From the NCBI GenBank assembly GCA_031550185.1, contig JAVBOU010000008.1:1-57382 (forward strand): DNA of 57,382 bases, written 5' to 3'. Both the position numbers and the translations under genes were made by a program. The notes under the pieces were generated by a model. It was given only the letters and a program-made list of their open reading frames with translations, searched no databases and was not told where the DNA came from. The stretch comes from Kiritimatiellia bacterium (GTDB lineage: Bacteria > Verrucomicrobiota > Kiritimatiellia > RFP12 > JAVBOU01). Below, in pieces: positions 39,981-48,852 of the stretch (position 1 is the stretch's first letter; each line of letters opens with the position of its first letter).

Positions 39981-42900
39981 TTACTTGAGGATGAAGAGAG
40001 TGGGCTGGGGTTTGTACTTGATGTAAAGGTCGTTGCCGTCAACCCAGCAGGACCATTGGTTGAGCTGCCGAGTCGGCAAATCCAGGGGAAGCTCGCCGTC
40101 GGCGATGGTGATGCCGCCACTGGCGGTCAGCACTTTGTAGGTTCCGTACGCGTCCTTGACGGTTGTGCGGGGGCGCAGGAAGGAGCGGGTTGCGAAATTC
40201 GCGCGGCCGCTGAACGTGGCGGGCGTCAATCCATTGGCCTGGATTTCAATCGCGAAACCGTTGTCGGAATTGACTTGAAGATTCACCGCGCTGACTTCGC
40301 CACCGGCGAGCTGGAGGACGTTGCCGAAAGGATCGTTGTTCATCCCCATGCTGATGTTGCCCGAGAGCGTGACGGTTGCGCCGGTGTTCACGCGCATGGT
40401 GTTGCCGCTGCCAAGATAGCCGACATTGCAGTGGGCGGCGTTGACCCGCGCACCATCAAGAAACTCAATGATATTGCCCGTGTTAACGGCATGATACCCC
40501 GTGCGAAGCGTGCCGCCGGGCATGTTGAGGCTGCTGTCGCCCACCCAAAGTGTGTTGGAGGAGGAACCCCAGTCGTTGCCGACAACCACATAATTGGCGG
40601 TAACGTTCGCGGCGCCGCAAATGCGGCCTTCGTTGAGCGAACCCTGCCCGCCGATGACCAAGTGGTTGATGCTCGCGGTGGCGTTGCTGATGACCAGCCG
40701 GTTGGCGTTGCCGCGGCCGCCGAGCTTGATTTCAGCGGTCGCCATGTCAACAACGGCGTTGTTGAAAATGTCGAGATGGTTGTCCGAACCCTGGTCGCCG
40801 ACGGTGATATAGCCGTTGGGCAATCCTGTCAGGCGTCCACCATTGACCACGAGTTTTGTGCCGCCGGTGTTGTTGCCCATGTTGATGGCTGCGGCAACCA
40901 GATGGCCGTTTGGCTGCACCAGAATTTTGCCGCGCGCGCCGTTGTGGCCGGTCGAGGAATATGCGTTGACGGTCAGCTTCGCGTTGTCAATTTCGAGGAT
41001 GGCGTCGGTGTTGATCGCGAAGCCGCCAACGATGACGGACTCGCCCTCCATGAAGCGAATCGCGCCGCTGTTGACGGTCAGGTTGCCAATGCTCATGGGT
41101 GCATTGTTGCCGGTAAACGTCATGACGCCAGGGTTGTTTTTGACCAGCGAACCCGTACCCCAGATTTTACCGTTATACGTGAACGAAACACCTTGCGCCA
41201 GTTCAAGGGTTCCCTGTTGCACCGTCATCTGCGCGGGGAGCGACGGCGAAGTCATGCGCAATGTGCCCGCGCCGAATTTTCGGAACACACCAGAACCGTC
41301 GACCGGTGTGTGGATCACCGCGGTGTCCTGTCCGGCATACACATACAGGTCGTTCGCGGCCATGTTAATCCGTCCTGACGCGACGGCGTTGGTAATGCTC
41401 GAGGACGCACGCATGAGCAGCCCGCCCGCGCCATTTGCGCCGAGATTGAGCGCGCTGCCGCCGAGGTTCAACGCGGATTGCAAAAGCAGGGCCGTCGCGT
41501 TGACCGGTGCAAAGAGAGTTTCATTGGAGGCGAGCCGCGCGTATGGCGCGTTGAGTCCGGCGGGCAGGTTCGTTACGGTGACACCGCGAATGTCGTCATG
41601 CGCCGCATATTCGCCGCCGTTCTTTTCAATCACAAACCACGGTGGCAACAGGCCGGAGGAATGGCCGTCGAAAACCAGACGTTCGTTGGCGCCGGGATTC
41701 GTCGCCGCGTTGTGTTTGACGGCGAGTGTCATCGCGCCGCCTTCTCCGTGGAGCAGACTGCCAAATCGCGCGGTAAGCGTGGCCGCGTCATCCGCGCCCG
41801 CGTCCAAAATCAAGCGGCCGGTGTTGAACCCGCCCGTGGCGGAGAGCGCGGTCGCGCCACGAAGCGCAAGTTCGTCACCGGCGGATTTGGACAATGTCAA
41901 CTGAGCGATTTTGGGAACCGGTCGCGCGGCGCCAAGCGCGACATCACCCGCGCCAAGTGTCGCGTCCGCCCCGGCCGCAATGCTGGCTGCAAGCTCGCCG
42001 TAGGTCAGGCTCAAGCCGCCAGTGAACGTGTGCTTCGCGGCGCCGAATTCGCCATGCGCGCCGCCCAGCGAGACCGAGCCGCGCCCCGCGAGCACCGGGC
42101 CAAGGATGCGCATTGGCGTGTAGCCGCCGTTTGGCCCGTTCAGGCGCATCGCATCGTAAAGCGTCAGCGTCCTATCCGTGCCGTGCAGTTCCCACCCCGT
42201 CCAGTCCGTGGTGAGTGTGACCGTTACCGCGCCGACATCGATGTCCTGCGTCAGTTCTGGTGAGGAGGTGCCATTGAAAATGACGCTGTCGCCCGATGCA
42301 AAGGTGGCCGCCGCGCCGTTCTCGCGCCAGTTCGCCGTGACTGTATCCCACACCGGATTGTTTGCCGGGTTGATCCACATCAGCACGCGGCTTGAAAATG
42401 TGGCGCTGTTCGTCGCGCTCCACACCTCGCGCGTTTCAAACGTGTCGGGCATCGTGTTCACCGCGCTGAACGCGTAATAAAATTCCGGCAAGTCATCGAT
42501 ATCAAGGCTGAACGTGCGCGGCATGAAAGCCGCCGGCCATGTGTGGCGCGAGGTCAATGCGTCTGGCGACGTCCCAACCCAGCATGTGACTGTTGTTTCA
42601 GCCGCGCCGATGTCCACAAGCGGAATGTTGAGTACCACCAGCGCCGGCATGTCGATGCTGGACGGCACGCCCAGCACCGCCTCGCCGCCTGTGCGGAATT
42701 TTAAGACATCGGACCATGCTTCATATGTATCGGTCGTCGCGCGGAAGGCACAATAATAATCCGTCGCGTACAGCAACGTTGCCATCGTCCCCGCCAGCGC
42801 GCCCGCCTCTTTTACGCCAAGCTCCAACTGCCCTGTCCATGCGTTGGACGTCGTCCCCCAAAACAGCGTCACATCCACAAATCCCGTCGCGCCGGCGTAC

Positions 42901-43892
42901 AACACATCACCCGACACATCGGCGCGGTCAAAGCTAATTTCCCCGATTTTCGGAACCGCCAGCACGGGCGTCTGTCCGCGCGTTTCAAACGTCGATGCCT
43001 TTGTCGCCATCACGCCGTTATTCGTCACAAAACGAAAGGCGTAAATTGTCTGCGGTTCCAGCGTGTCAATGGGCAGCGAAAACGATCCGCTCGTCGTGAA
43101 CGTCCCGACCGTGGCAGAAGGCGCGCCCTGCCACGACGCCTCGGAATCATCGCCGTCATCGACCTTCCATTGCGCCACGATTGTCGTCGACTTGCCCGGC
43201 GTGATGAGGCGGCCGTTGAGCGTCGCATAGGTGTCGCCCGCCAGCGTCGCCGGCTGCGCCGTCATCTCCCACACCTTTTCGTTGCTGAAACCGTAGACAT
43301 GGTACGTGCCGCCGCCAAGCTGGGTAAGTTGAATGGCGAGCTCTCCGGACTCCTGCGCGGTGTAGCGGTACACCAAAATTTGGTCGGTCACCGGAGTGGC
43401 GTCAGGGTTGAATTCGATGGCATCCGCGGTCGTGCCATTCGGGCGAAATGTGATGCGCTGGTTGCGATTGTAACCGGCTTCCCACGCACGGTTGTAAAAG
43501 CGGATTTCGTGCAGGACGCCTGCCTCGAGTCCGGTGATGTACATCGTGCCGGAGGAAATGCCGTAATTGAGCGAGTTCAGCAACGTGCGGATTTGATTTC
43601 CCGTCGGCGTGACAATGTTGTTGTTATTGTTCGCCGTTGAACCCGGAAAGCTCCGCCAGCCATATTGCTGGTCGACAGAGGAGGCCGTGGCCGTCGTGTT
43701 GGTGAAGGTGACGCCGTTGATCACCAGTGTGCCGGAGGCAACGCCAAAGTTGTGCGCGTGCGTGTACAACTTGTTGGTGGAGATGCCCGTCGTCGCGTCG
43801 CTGTTAAAGGCAATGAGGCGTGGGTTTTCCTGTGCGTTGAGCAGTGCGGTGACGCAGAGAAGCAGGCACGTTGTGAACGGATGTTTTTTCAT
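39981..43892 (-). CDS. giant (1303 aa) secreted protein: CBM-like N-domain + Fn3-like units + PATR beta-helix + LFILK tail
   Basis: Start set to the ATG at 43892 (MKKHPFTTCLLLCVTALLNA signal peptide). The N-domain is homologous to 12137.. and 5530.. (TNKLYTHAHNFG ... YHVYGFSNEK). Ends DLYIKYKPQPTLFILK. Confidence 0.87.
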   Translation of the reverse strand: MKKHPFTTCLLLCVTALLNAQENPRLIAFNSDATTGISTNKLYTHAHNFGVASGTLVINGVTFTNTTATASSVDQQYGWRSFPGSTANNNNNIVTPTGNQIRTLLNSLNYGISSGTMYITGLEAGVLHEIRFYNRAWEAGYNRNQRITFRPNGTTADAIEFNPDATPVTDQILVYRYTAQESGELAIQLTQLGGGTYHVYGFSNEKVWEMTAQPATLAGDTYATLNGRLITPGKSTTIVAQWKVDDGDDSEASWQGAPSATVGTFTTSGSFSLPIDTLEPQTIYAFRFVTNNGVMATKASTFETRGQTPVLAVPKIGEISFDRADVSGDVLYAGATGFVDVTLFWGTTSNAWTGQLELGVKEAGALAGTMATLLYATDYYCAFRATTDTYEAWSDVLKFRTGGEAVLGVPSSIDMPALVVLNIPLVDIGAAETTVTCWVGTSPDALTSRHTWPAAFMPRTFSLDIDDLPEFYYAFSAVNTMPDTFETREVWSATNSATFSSRVLMWINPANNPVWDTVTANWRENGAAATFASGDSVIFNGTSSPELTQDIDVGAVTVTLTTDWTGWELHGTDRTLTLYDAMRLNGPNGGYTPMRILGPVLAGRGSVSLGGAHGEFGAAKHTFTGGLSLTYGELAASIAAGADATLGAGDVALGAARPVPKIAQLTLSKSAGDELALRGATALSATGGFNTGRLILDAGADDAATLTARFGSLLHGEGGAMTLAVKHNAATNPGANERLVFDGHSSGLLPPWFVIEKNGGEYAAHDDIRGVTVTNLPAGLNAPYARLASNETLFAPVNATALLLQSALNLGGSALNLGANGAGGLLMRASSSITNAVASGRINMAANDLYVYAGQDTAVIHTPVDGSGVFRKFGAGTLRMTSPSLPAQMTVQQGTLELAQGVSFTYNGKIWGTGSLVKNNPGVMTFTGNNAPMSIGNLTVNSGAIRFMEGESVIVGGFAINTDAILEIDNAKLTVNAYSSTGHNGARGKILVQPNGHLVAAAINMGNNTGGTKLVVNGGRLTGLPNGYITVGDQGSDNHLDIFNNAVVDMATAEIKLGGRGNANRLVISNATASINHLVIGGQGSLNEGRICGAANVTANYVVVGNDWGSSSNTLWVGDSSLNMPGGTLRTGYHAVNTGNIIEFLDGARVNAAHCNVGYLGSGNTMRVNTGATVTLSGNISMGMNNDPFGNVLQLAGGEVSAVNLQVNSDNGFAIEIQANGLTPATFSGRANFATRSFLRPRTTVKDAYGTYKVLTASGGITIADGELPLDLPTRQLNQWSCWVDGNDLYIKYKPQPTLFILK

Positions 43893-43925
43893 CGTGTGGC
43901 TCGTGGTCAGGAGGTGTTGCGTGGC

Positions 43926-43949
43926 GTGGCAAAGGTACCCCTCTGCCAC
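43926..43949. repeat. GC-rich palindromic element, copy 11 (degenerate)
   Basis: GTGGCAAAGG-TACC-CCTCTGCCAC, one mismatch. It lies 10 nt after the stop at 43960 and 33 nt before the start at 43892. Confidence 0.7.
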
Positions 43950-43959
43950 AAAAATGTAG

Positions 43960-44973
43960 TCAGCGGTTTTTTTTCATTTCAAATTGCGCGCCTTTCAACG
44001 CGCGCAGAACGGGTTCGCCCCAGTAGGGTGTGGGCGTGAAATTCCAGTCGGCAAGCAGGCAGGGCGAGTGGCGCGGGTGGAAGCACCAGGCGGTCCAGTT
44101 GAGGCGGTATTTTTGAATGCAACCGATCATGTCCGGCGCCCAGGTCTCGGGCGCTTCGTGGCGTTCGGGCGGAAGGAACGGCATGGGATCGGGCTGGCAA
44201 CCGACTTCGCCGACCAGCAACGGGTATTTCGCGGCGGCGTTGATAAAACACTCCTGCCAACCGCTTTTCCACGGATAGACGTGCGTTTCGTACATGATGC
44301 CGAGACCTTCGGGCACATCGACCAGCGCATGGCCGTTCAAGATGCCGCTCAAATCATACGCCCAGTCCAATCCGCCCGCACTGATCAAATTCATCGCGCC
44401 GGTCTTGCGGATCGCCTCCACCAGCGGTTGAAATCCGACGGAGCGAAACGCGACAACCGGCTCGGTGTTCTCGGCAAAAACACCGTCCTTTTGCTTTGGG
44501 TCGTCCGTAACATCGCCGCCGTTTCGCCATACCTCCCATGAAATCGTATGCGCCTCATTCAAGAGGCCGAAGATCACGCCTGGATGATTCTTGTAGCGCA
44601 CCGCCGCGTCCTGCCAAAACCGCACATGCTGCTCCGAAACCGCGCGGTACTCATGCAAGTCCAGCACCACATAAACCCCGCGCGCCTGGCACGTTGTGAT
44701 CACGTCATCCACGCGCTTCCGGTACGCCGCCGCGTCCTCCGCCAGCCAGAACTTCGAATGCACCGCCAGCCGGATGATCCGCACGCCCCACACATGAATC
44801 GCCTGGTGAACGGTTTCGGGAATGTAATTTCCTTCCGGCCAACACTCCAGCGACGAAATCGACACGCCTTGCAGCCACACCTCGCGTCCGCTTTCCTTCT
44901 CCACCAGACGGTTCCCGCGCACCGTCAAAAACGGCGTCCACGCATGGGCGTTTTTCGGAATTTCAAGCGTCAT
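43960..44973 (-). CDS. GH5 glycoside hydrolase paralogue lacking signal peptide and CBM
   Basis: Start set to the ATG at 44973, overlapping the regulator stop as ATGA. It starts [27 protein letters not shown], directly at the point where the catalytic domain begins in the paralogues. Motifs LDLHEY, LLNEAH and LVGEVGCQP. Confidence 0.8.
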   Translation of the reverse strand: [337 protein letters not shown]

Positions 44974-46076
44974 ATTGTCTTCCTTGCCTTTGCCAGCGAA
45001 CCACGTTCGATCAACTCCACCGGCAACGCGTGATGCCCCTGCGCCGCACCCTCCGCGCCAGTCAACTGCGCCTCCAGCAACCGCACCGCCGTGGCGCCGA
45101 TCTCCGCAAACGGCTGCCGCACCGTCGTCAACCCCGGCGTCAGCCACTCCGCCATCGGGTCGTCGTCAAACCCCACCACACCCACATCCTCCGGAATCAG
45201 CAACCCCCGTTCCCCGCAAAACCGGTAGCACATCCGCGCCACCGCGTCACAACTGCAAAACACCGCCGTCGGCCTTCCCCGGCCCGTCAGCAACCCCTCG
45301 CAAGCCTCCCGCACCGCTTCCCCCCAATCCGCAAACGGATCCTCCACCACAATGTCCCGCACCAAACTTCGCGGCAACGCCACCCCAAACTCCGCCAGCC
45401 CGTCCCGAAATCCCGCCAGCCGGTCCGCCACCGTCGACGACGCCGTATCCCCGATAAACCCCACCCGCTCGTGGCCCAGCTCGCCCATCCGCGTCCCCGT
45501 CAAAAACCCGCCCCGGTAATTGTCCGCCGCCACCGACGTCATCCCCGCCTCCTCCCCGCAATGCGCGTCCACCATCACAAACGCAAACCCCTCCGCCCTC
45601 AACCGCGCCACCGCCGCCCGGAATCCCGCCGTGTGCAACGCCACAATCACCGCCCCGCGCGCGCCGTTCTCCGTCAGCCTCCCCACGCTCTCCATGTCCT
45701 CCGTCACATCCCCGTGCGCGTCGCACACCTGCACCTCATACCCCCGTTCCCGCGCCACCTGTTGCGCGCCCCGCACGATCCGTATCGACGGTTCCCACGC
45801 CAGATTTCCCACCATGATCTTCAACATCCCCGCCGTCCTCGACTTCTCCCGCACATACAAACCCTTCCCCGGCCTGCGCTCCAGCAACCCCTCCGCCACC
45901 AGCAACTCCGTCGCCTTCCGCACCGTCACCCGCGCCAGACCATGCTGCCGCGACAGCTCATGCTCCGACGCCACCCGCTCCCCCGGCGCATAATGTCCCT
46001 TCGCGATTGACGCCTTCAACTTCAACGCCAGTGTTCGATAAACCGGAGAACCGGTGTGCATACCAGTACTATTCAT
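44970..46076 (-). CDS. AraR-like transcriptional regulator (GntR-type wHTH N-terminus + LacI/GalR-type sugar-binding domain)
   Basis: The N-terminus PVYRTLALKLKASIAKGHYAPGERVASEHELSRQHGLARVTVRKATELLVAEGLLERRPGKGLYV is a GntR-type HTH. The remainder (KIMVGNLAWEPSIRIVRGAQQVARERGYEVQVCDAHGD ... VGFDD) is a periplasmic-binding-protein-like LacI effector domain. The start is ambiguous among ATGs at 46136, 46076 and 46061. Confidence 0.8.
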   Translation of the reverse strand: MNSTGMHTGSPVYRTLALKLKASIAKGHYAPGERVASEHELSRQHGLARVTVRKATELLVAEGLLERRPGKGLYVREKSRTAGMLKIMVGNLAWEPSIRIVRGAQQVARERGYEVQVCDAHGDVTEDMESVGRLTENGARGAVIVALHTAGFRAAVARLRAEGFAFVMVDAHCGEEAGMTSVAADNYRGGFLTGTRMGELGHERVGFIGDTASSTVADRLAGFRDGLAEFGVALPRSLVRDIVVEDPFADWGEAVREACEGLLTGRGRPTAVFCSCDAVARMCYRFCGERGLLIPEDVGVVGFDDDPMAEWLTPGLTTVRQPFAEIGATAVRLLEAQLTGAEGAAQGHHALPVELIERGSLAKARKTI

Positions 46077-46186
46077 GCTTCCAAAATACCACGACAATCC
46101 GTTTCCTGTCAACCTATGAATACCGCACACCGGCATTAGAGAAGTTGTGTTATAAGTTTGGTAAATCGTCGCGTATAGAACGCTCC

Positions 46187-46470
46187 TTCAGAACCCGGCG
46201 GCCAACAAATTGAACTGATCGTCGATTTTCGCCAGCCGGTTGCGGTAAATCCCTGCCACCTCGGCGTACTGCTTCATCTCACCGATGCTGTGTTCAACCA
46301 CCACGCGTAAATTCGACAAAAGGGTGTTTTAGTGGCGTTGCGAGTCATCAAGACGCTTTGATCGGCAGGCATACCCTGGGATGTCGCGCACCTTGGAAAC
46401 CACGGTCTGGCAGAATGGTCATCGTCGCCGGGATGTTCGGCCATAATCTGACGTTGATCCCACACGCGGT
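46187..46470 (-). mobile_element. remnant of an IS5-like/DDE_Tnp_4-type transposase gene (C-terminal third only, frame-disrupted)
   Basis: My minus-strand translation gives ...ILPDRGFQGARHPRVCLPIKAS* and then, in another frame, LRVVVEHSIGEMKQYAEVAGIYRNRLAKIDDQFNLLAAGF*. These resemble the L-x-D-[KR]-G-[YF]-x-G and VE..IG..K......YRNR C-terminal blocks of DDE_Tnp_4/IS5-type transposases. No intact N-terminus or inverted repeats were found. Confidence 0.5.
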
Positions 46471-46531
46471 TATCATGCCGCGCGCCGCGCTTGCTCGGAA
46501 CCGGCGATGTTGCGGATGGAGACGCGAGGCG

Positions 46532-48268
46532 TCATTGCGCGCCGCTGTTTTGGCGCGTCCATGAACCATAAAGGTGCGGGTGGTCGGTGTCAACGTAGAC
46601 GCGGTGGTAGGTGCCCTCGGTGTAATCCCACAGGGGGCGGAAACTTCCGGTGTCGAGGTCCTGAGGGAAGTCGGTGACGATCTTGTATTGCAACGGATGG
46701 GTGTCGTCGCGGCGCAGTCGGCGTTGGAATTCCTCCTCGTCGCGAATGAAGAGCGGATGGGCGTATTGCGCGGGTTGCGCGAGGGTGAGCGGACCAGCGA
46801 CGACGGCGCAACGGCGCGAATGAAACGCGTCGACCGCCTCAAGCCGCGGTGTCGCGGGAAGGAGCAGTTCGACGCGGTCGCCACGGGACCACACGCGGTT
46901 GATCTCGAGCCACTGGCCGGGCGTTCCGACGACATGCTGCCCGTTCACCGTGGCGCGGCTGCCATGGCACCACGCGGGAATGCGGAAGCGCAACGCGCGT
47001 TGCCGCGGTTGCGGAACATCAATGGTGAACGCGATGGTGTCGATCGCCGGATAGTCTGTTTTTTGCGTGAGCGTGAAGCCATCCTCAATGACGCTCGACG
47101 GAAGATAAAGCGACACATGCAACGCCTCGGGTGAGGTAAAATAAATGAGGTCGTGATACGCGGCAACGGCCTGGATGTACGTGCCGCTGCAACAGGGCCA
47201 CGTCGAATGATAATAGTGGCGCGTGGAACTGGAGGGACGGTAATCCGCGTAATACGTCGTGCGTCCGTCGGGCCAGACCGGAAGCGCGGCGCCGATGCAA
47301 CTATGCAGCACGCGCTCGGCCCAGTCCATGAAGCGGCACTCGCCGGTGAGCTCGAGCAGATAACGCGACAACTTGAAGGCCGCCCACGACCCGCAACCCA
47401 CCTCCGCGTGCTCGGCGCAGATGTCGAGCGAATAACCAAGCCGCCCGTCATGAATCGGCAGCAACCGTTCGAACGGTCCGAAGCCGCCGGTGCAGAAACA
47501 CTGCGTGCCGGTCATGTAATCATGCGCGTTAACGGCCGCTTGCAAGAGCGCGGGATCGTTGTCCACCACAGCGGCCGTGACGAGGCTGCAAAAGCTGTTG
47601 ACGTGGCTGTACGCGTGCACGGTGTGGGCGTTGGACGGGCGGTTGCTGTCGCGGAACGGATCCCAAAAATATGGATAACGCCAGACGTCGCCGAACTCCT
47701 TGAAGCGAACGTCGCCGGTCTGCTCAAAGGCGCGGTAGAGGTTTTCGCCGAGCGTGTACCATTCCAGCGTGCCGTGAGGATGGCGGCCGTCCCAGTCGAT
47801 CTCACCCGCCGGCGAGCGCGTACGGTCGAACGCGTTGCCGGCAAACTCCGTCAGTCCGCCGAGAAAGCGACGGCCATCTGGATAGCGTGTGAAATGATGG
47901 AGGTCGACGATGCCGCCGACCAGTTTGTCAAAGCCATACGTGCCAAAATTATGCTGACCGTCCTTGCCGTAAATGCCGAGCAGTCCCTCGAAAAGGCGCA
48001 CCGCCTTGTCCGTCAGCGCCGCATCACCCAGCGCCGCGCCGAGTCGCGAAAAACCGCTCAGCCACTGGCCGATTACCAGCCCGCTGTCGTGCGAACACCA
48101 GCCGCCGAGCACTTTGCCGGGCGCAGGCAGATTTTTGCCTTTGCGAAACCCGTGCAGGATGTCGTCGTTGTCCACGGCAAGATACGTCTCGCGCGCGTCA
48201 AGCACTTGATCCAAGTGGCGCGACGCGAGGAGCGTGGCAGGAAGCGATTGGAGTTTGCGTTTGATCAT
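46532..48268 (-). CDS. DUF1680/GH127-like glycoside hydrolase (beta-L-arabinofuranosidase-like)
   Basis: 578 aa from the ATG at 48268, preceded by AAAGGAATGAC. HAEVGCGSWAAF (Glu-x-x-Cys) and STWPCCSGTY (Cys-Cys) resemble the Zn/Cys catalytic blocks of GH127 HypBA1. The family call is from memory and was not aligned. Confidence 0.55.
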   Translation of the reverse strand: MIKRKLQSLPATLLASRHLDQVLDARETYLAVDNDDILHGFRKGKNLPAPGKVLGGWCSHDSGLVIGQWLSGFSRLGAALGDAALTDKAVRLFEGLLGIYGKDGQHNFGTYGFDKLVGGIVDLHHFTRYPDGRRFLGGLTEFAGNAFDRTRSPAGEIDWDGRHPHGTLEWYTLGENLYRAFEQTGDVRFKEFGDVWRYPYFWDPFRDSNRPSNAHTVHAYSHVNSFCSLVTAAVVDNDPALLQAAVNAHDYMTGTQCFCTGGFGPFERLLPIHDGRLGYSLDICAEHAEVGCGSWAAFKLSRYLLELTGECRFMDWAERVLHSCIGAALPVWPDGRTTYYADYRPSSSTRHYYHSTWPCCSGTYIQAVAAYHDLIYFTSPEALHVSLYLPSSVIEDGFTLTQKTDYPAIDTIAFTIDVPQPRQRALRFRIPAWCHGSRATVNGQHVVGTPGQWLEINRVWSRGDRVELLLPATPRLEAVDAFHSRRCAVVAGPLTLAQPAQYAHPLFIRDEEEFQRRLRRDDTHPLQYKIVTDFPQDLDTGSFRPLWDYTEGTYHRVYVDTDHPHLYGSWTRQNSGAQ

Positions 48269-48483
48269 GTCATTCCTTTTCCGGGGGCGGTTCAAACTTC
48301 AGCGTCGATCGGTTTCTGCGCCCGGCGCGATGTCGAAGTCGGTGAAAAACTCCGGACAAATGATGCGCGGCGTGGCGTAAAACGTTCGGCCCAGTAAAAA
48401 CGCTCGTCGCCTCCTGGCGTGTGCGAAAGCATAAGCAAGCAGGCAATTTGCATGGTGTTGCACAAAAAGTCTTTCATAATATG

Positions 48484-48499
48484 GCTTTCACGTGTTAGC
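48484..48499 (+). promoter_or_regulatory. CACGTG-centred 16-mer GCTTTCACGTGTTAGC, copy A (candidate operator/TSS motif)
   Basis: Exact 16-nt repeat of 50613-50628, immediately preceded by the AT-rich hexamer TAATAT. Confidence 0.45.
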
Positions 48500-48727
48500 T
48501 TCAACATCAAAATGCGTGGCGCGCGAAACGCGCAACATCTTCTTTTGAGAGCGTTGGCATCCGCCAGCTGCATGCCACTAAAAAGGGTCTCTGACTTTGA
48601 GCTCGACGCAACGGGAAACCCGACATTCAAAATCGGGCCGGATCGCTCGTTGTCTGAAGAGGAAAAAGGATTCACGTTTCGTTGCCGCCGCGTCCCTGTT
48701 GATACATTGGGACTCAAATAAAACGTC

Positions 48728-48756
48728 GTGGCGTGGCAGAGGCTCTGCCACGCCAC
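48728..48756. repeat. GC-rich palindromic element, copy 12
   Basis: GTGGCGTGGCAGAG-G-CTCTGCCACGCCAC, 14-bp arms, in the divergent intergenic region between GH127-like (-) and GH29 (+). Confidence 0.9.
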
Positions 48757-48771
48757 AAGGCGACATTTGGC

Positions 48772-48817
48772 TTTCACAAATCGAAAGAAACCTCTATCAT
48801 GTGGCGCACGTGTTATC
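48772..48817 (+). promoter_or_regulatory. candidate sigma70-like promoter of the GH29 gene plus CACGTGTTATC motif
   Basis: TTTCAC-N17-TATCAT, followed 6 nt later by CACGTGTTATC (48807-48817). The start codon is at 48853. Confidence 0.35.
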
Positions 48818-48852
48818 GTTAACATGTTGATTTTTCAAACACAAGGACAGGC

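Noticed and set aside
2890-43892. Classical type V autotransporters
   Set aside because: PATR repeats are present, but none of the proteins has a C-terminal ~250-300 aa beta-barrel translocator. None ends in the aromatic residue typical of OMP beta-signals; they end in a 6-residue hydrophobic-basic tail instead.
2890-43892. PEP-CTERM/exosortase, LPXTG/sortase or T9SS C-terminal domains on the giant proteins
   Set aside because: There is no PEP or LPXTG motif, no ~20-residue TM segment followed by a basic cluster, and no ~80-aa CTD. The hydrophobic run is only 4-5 residues.
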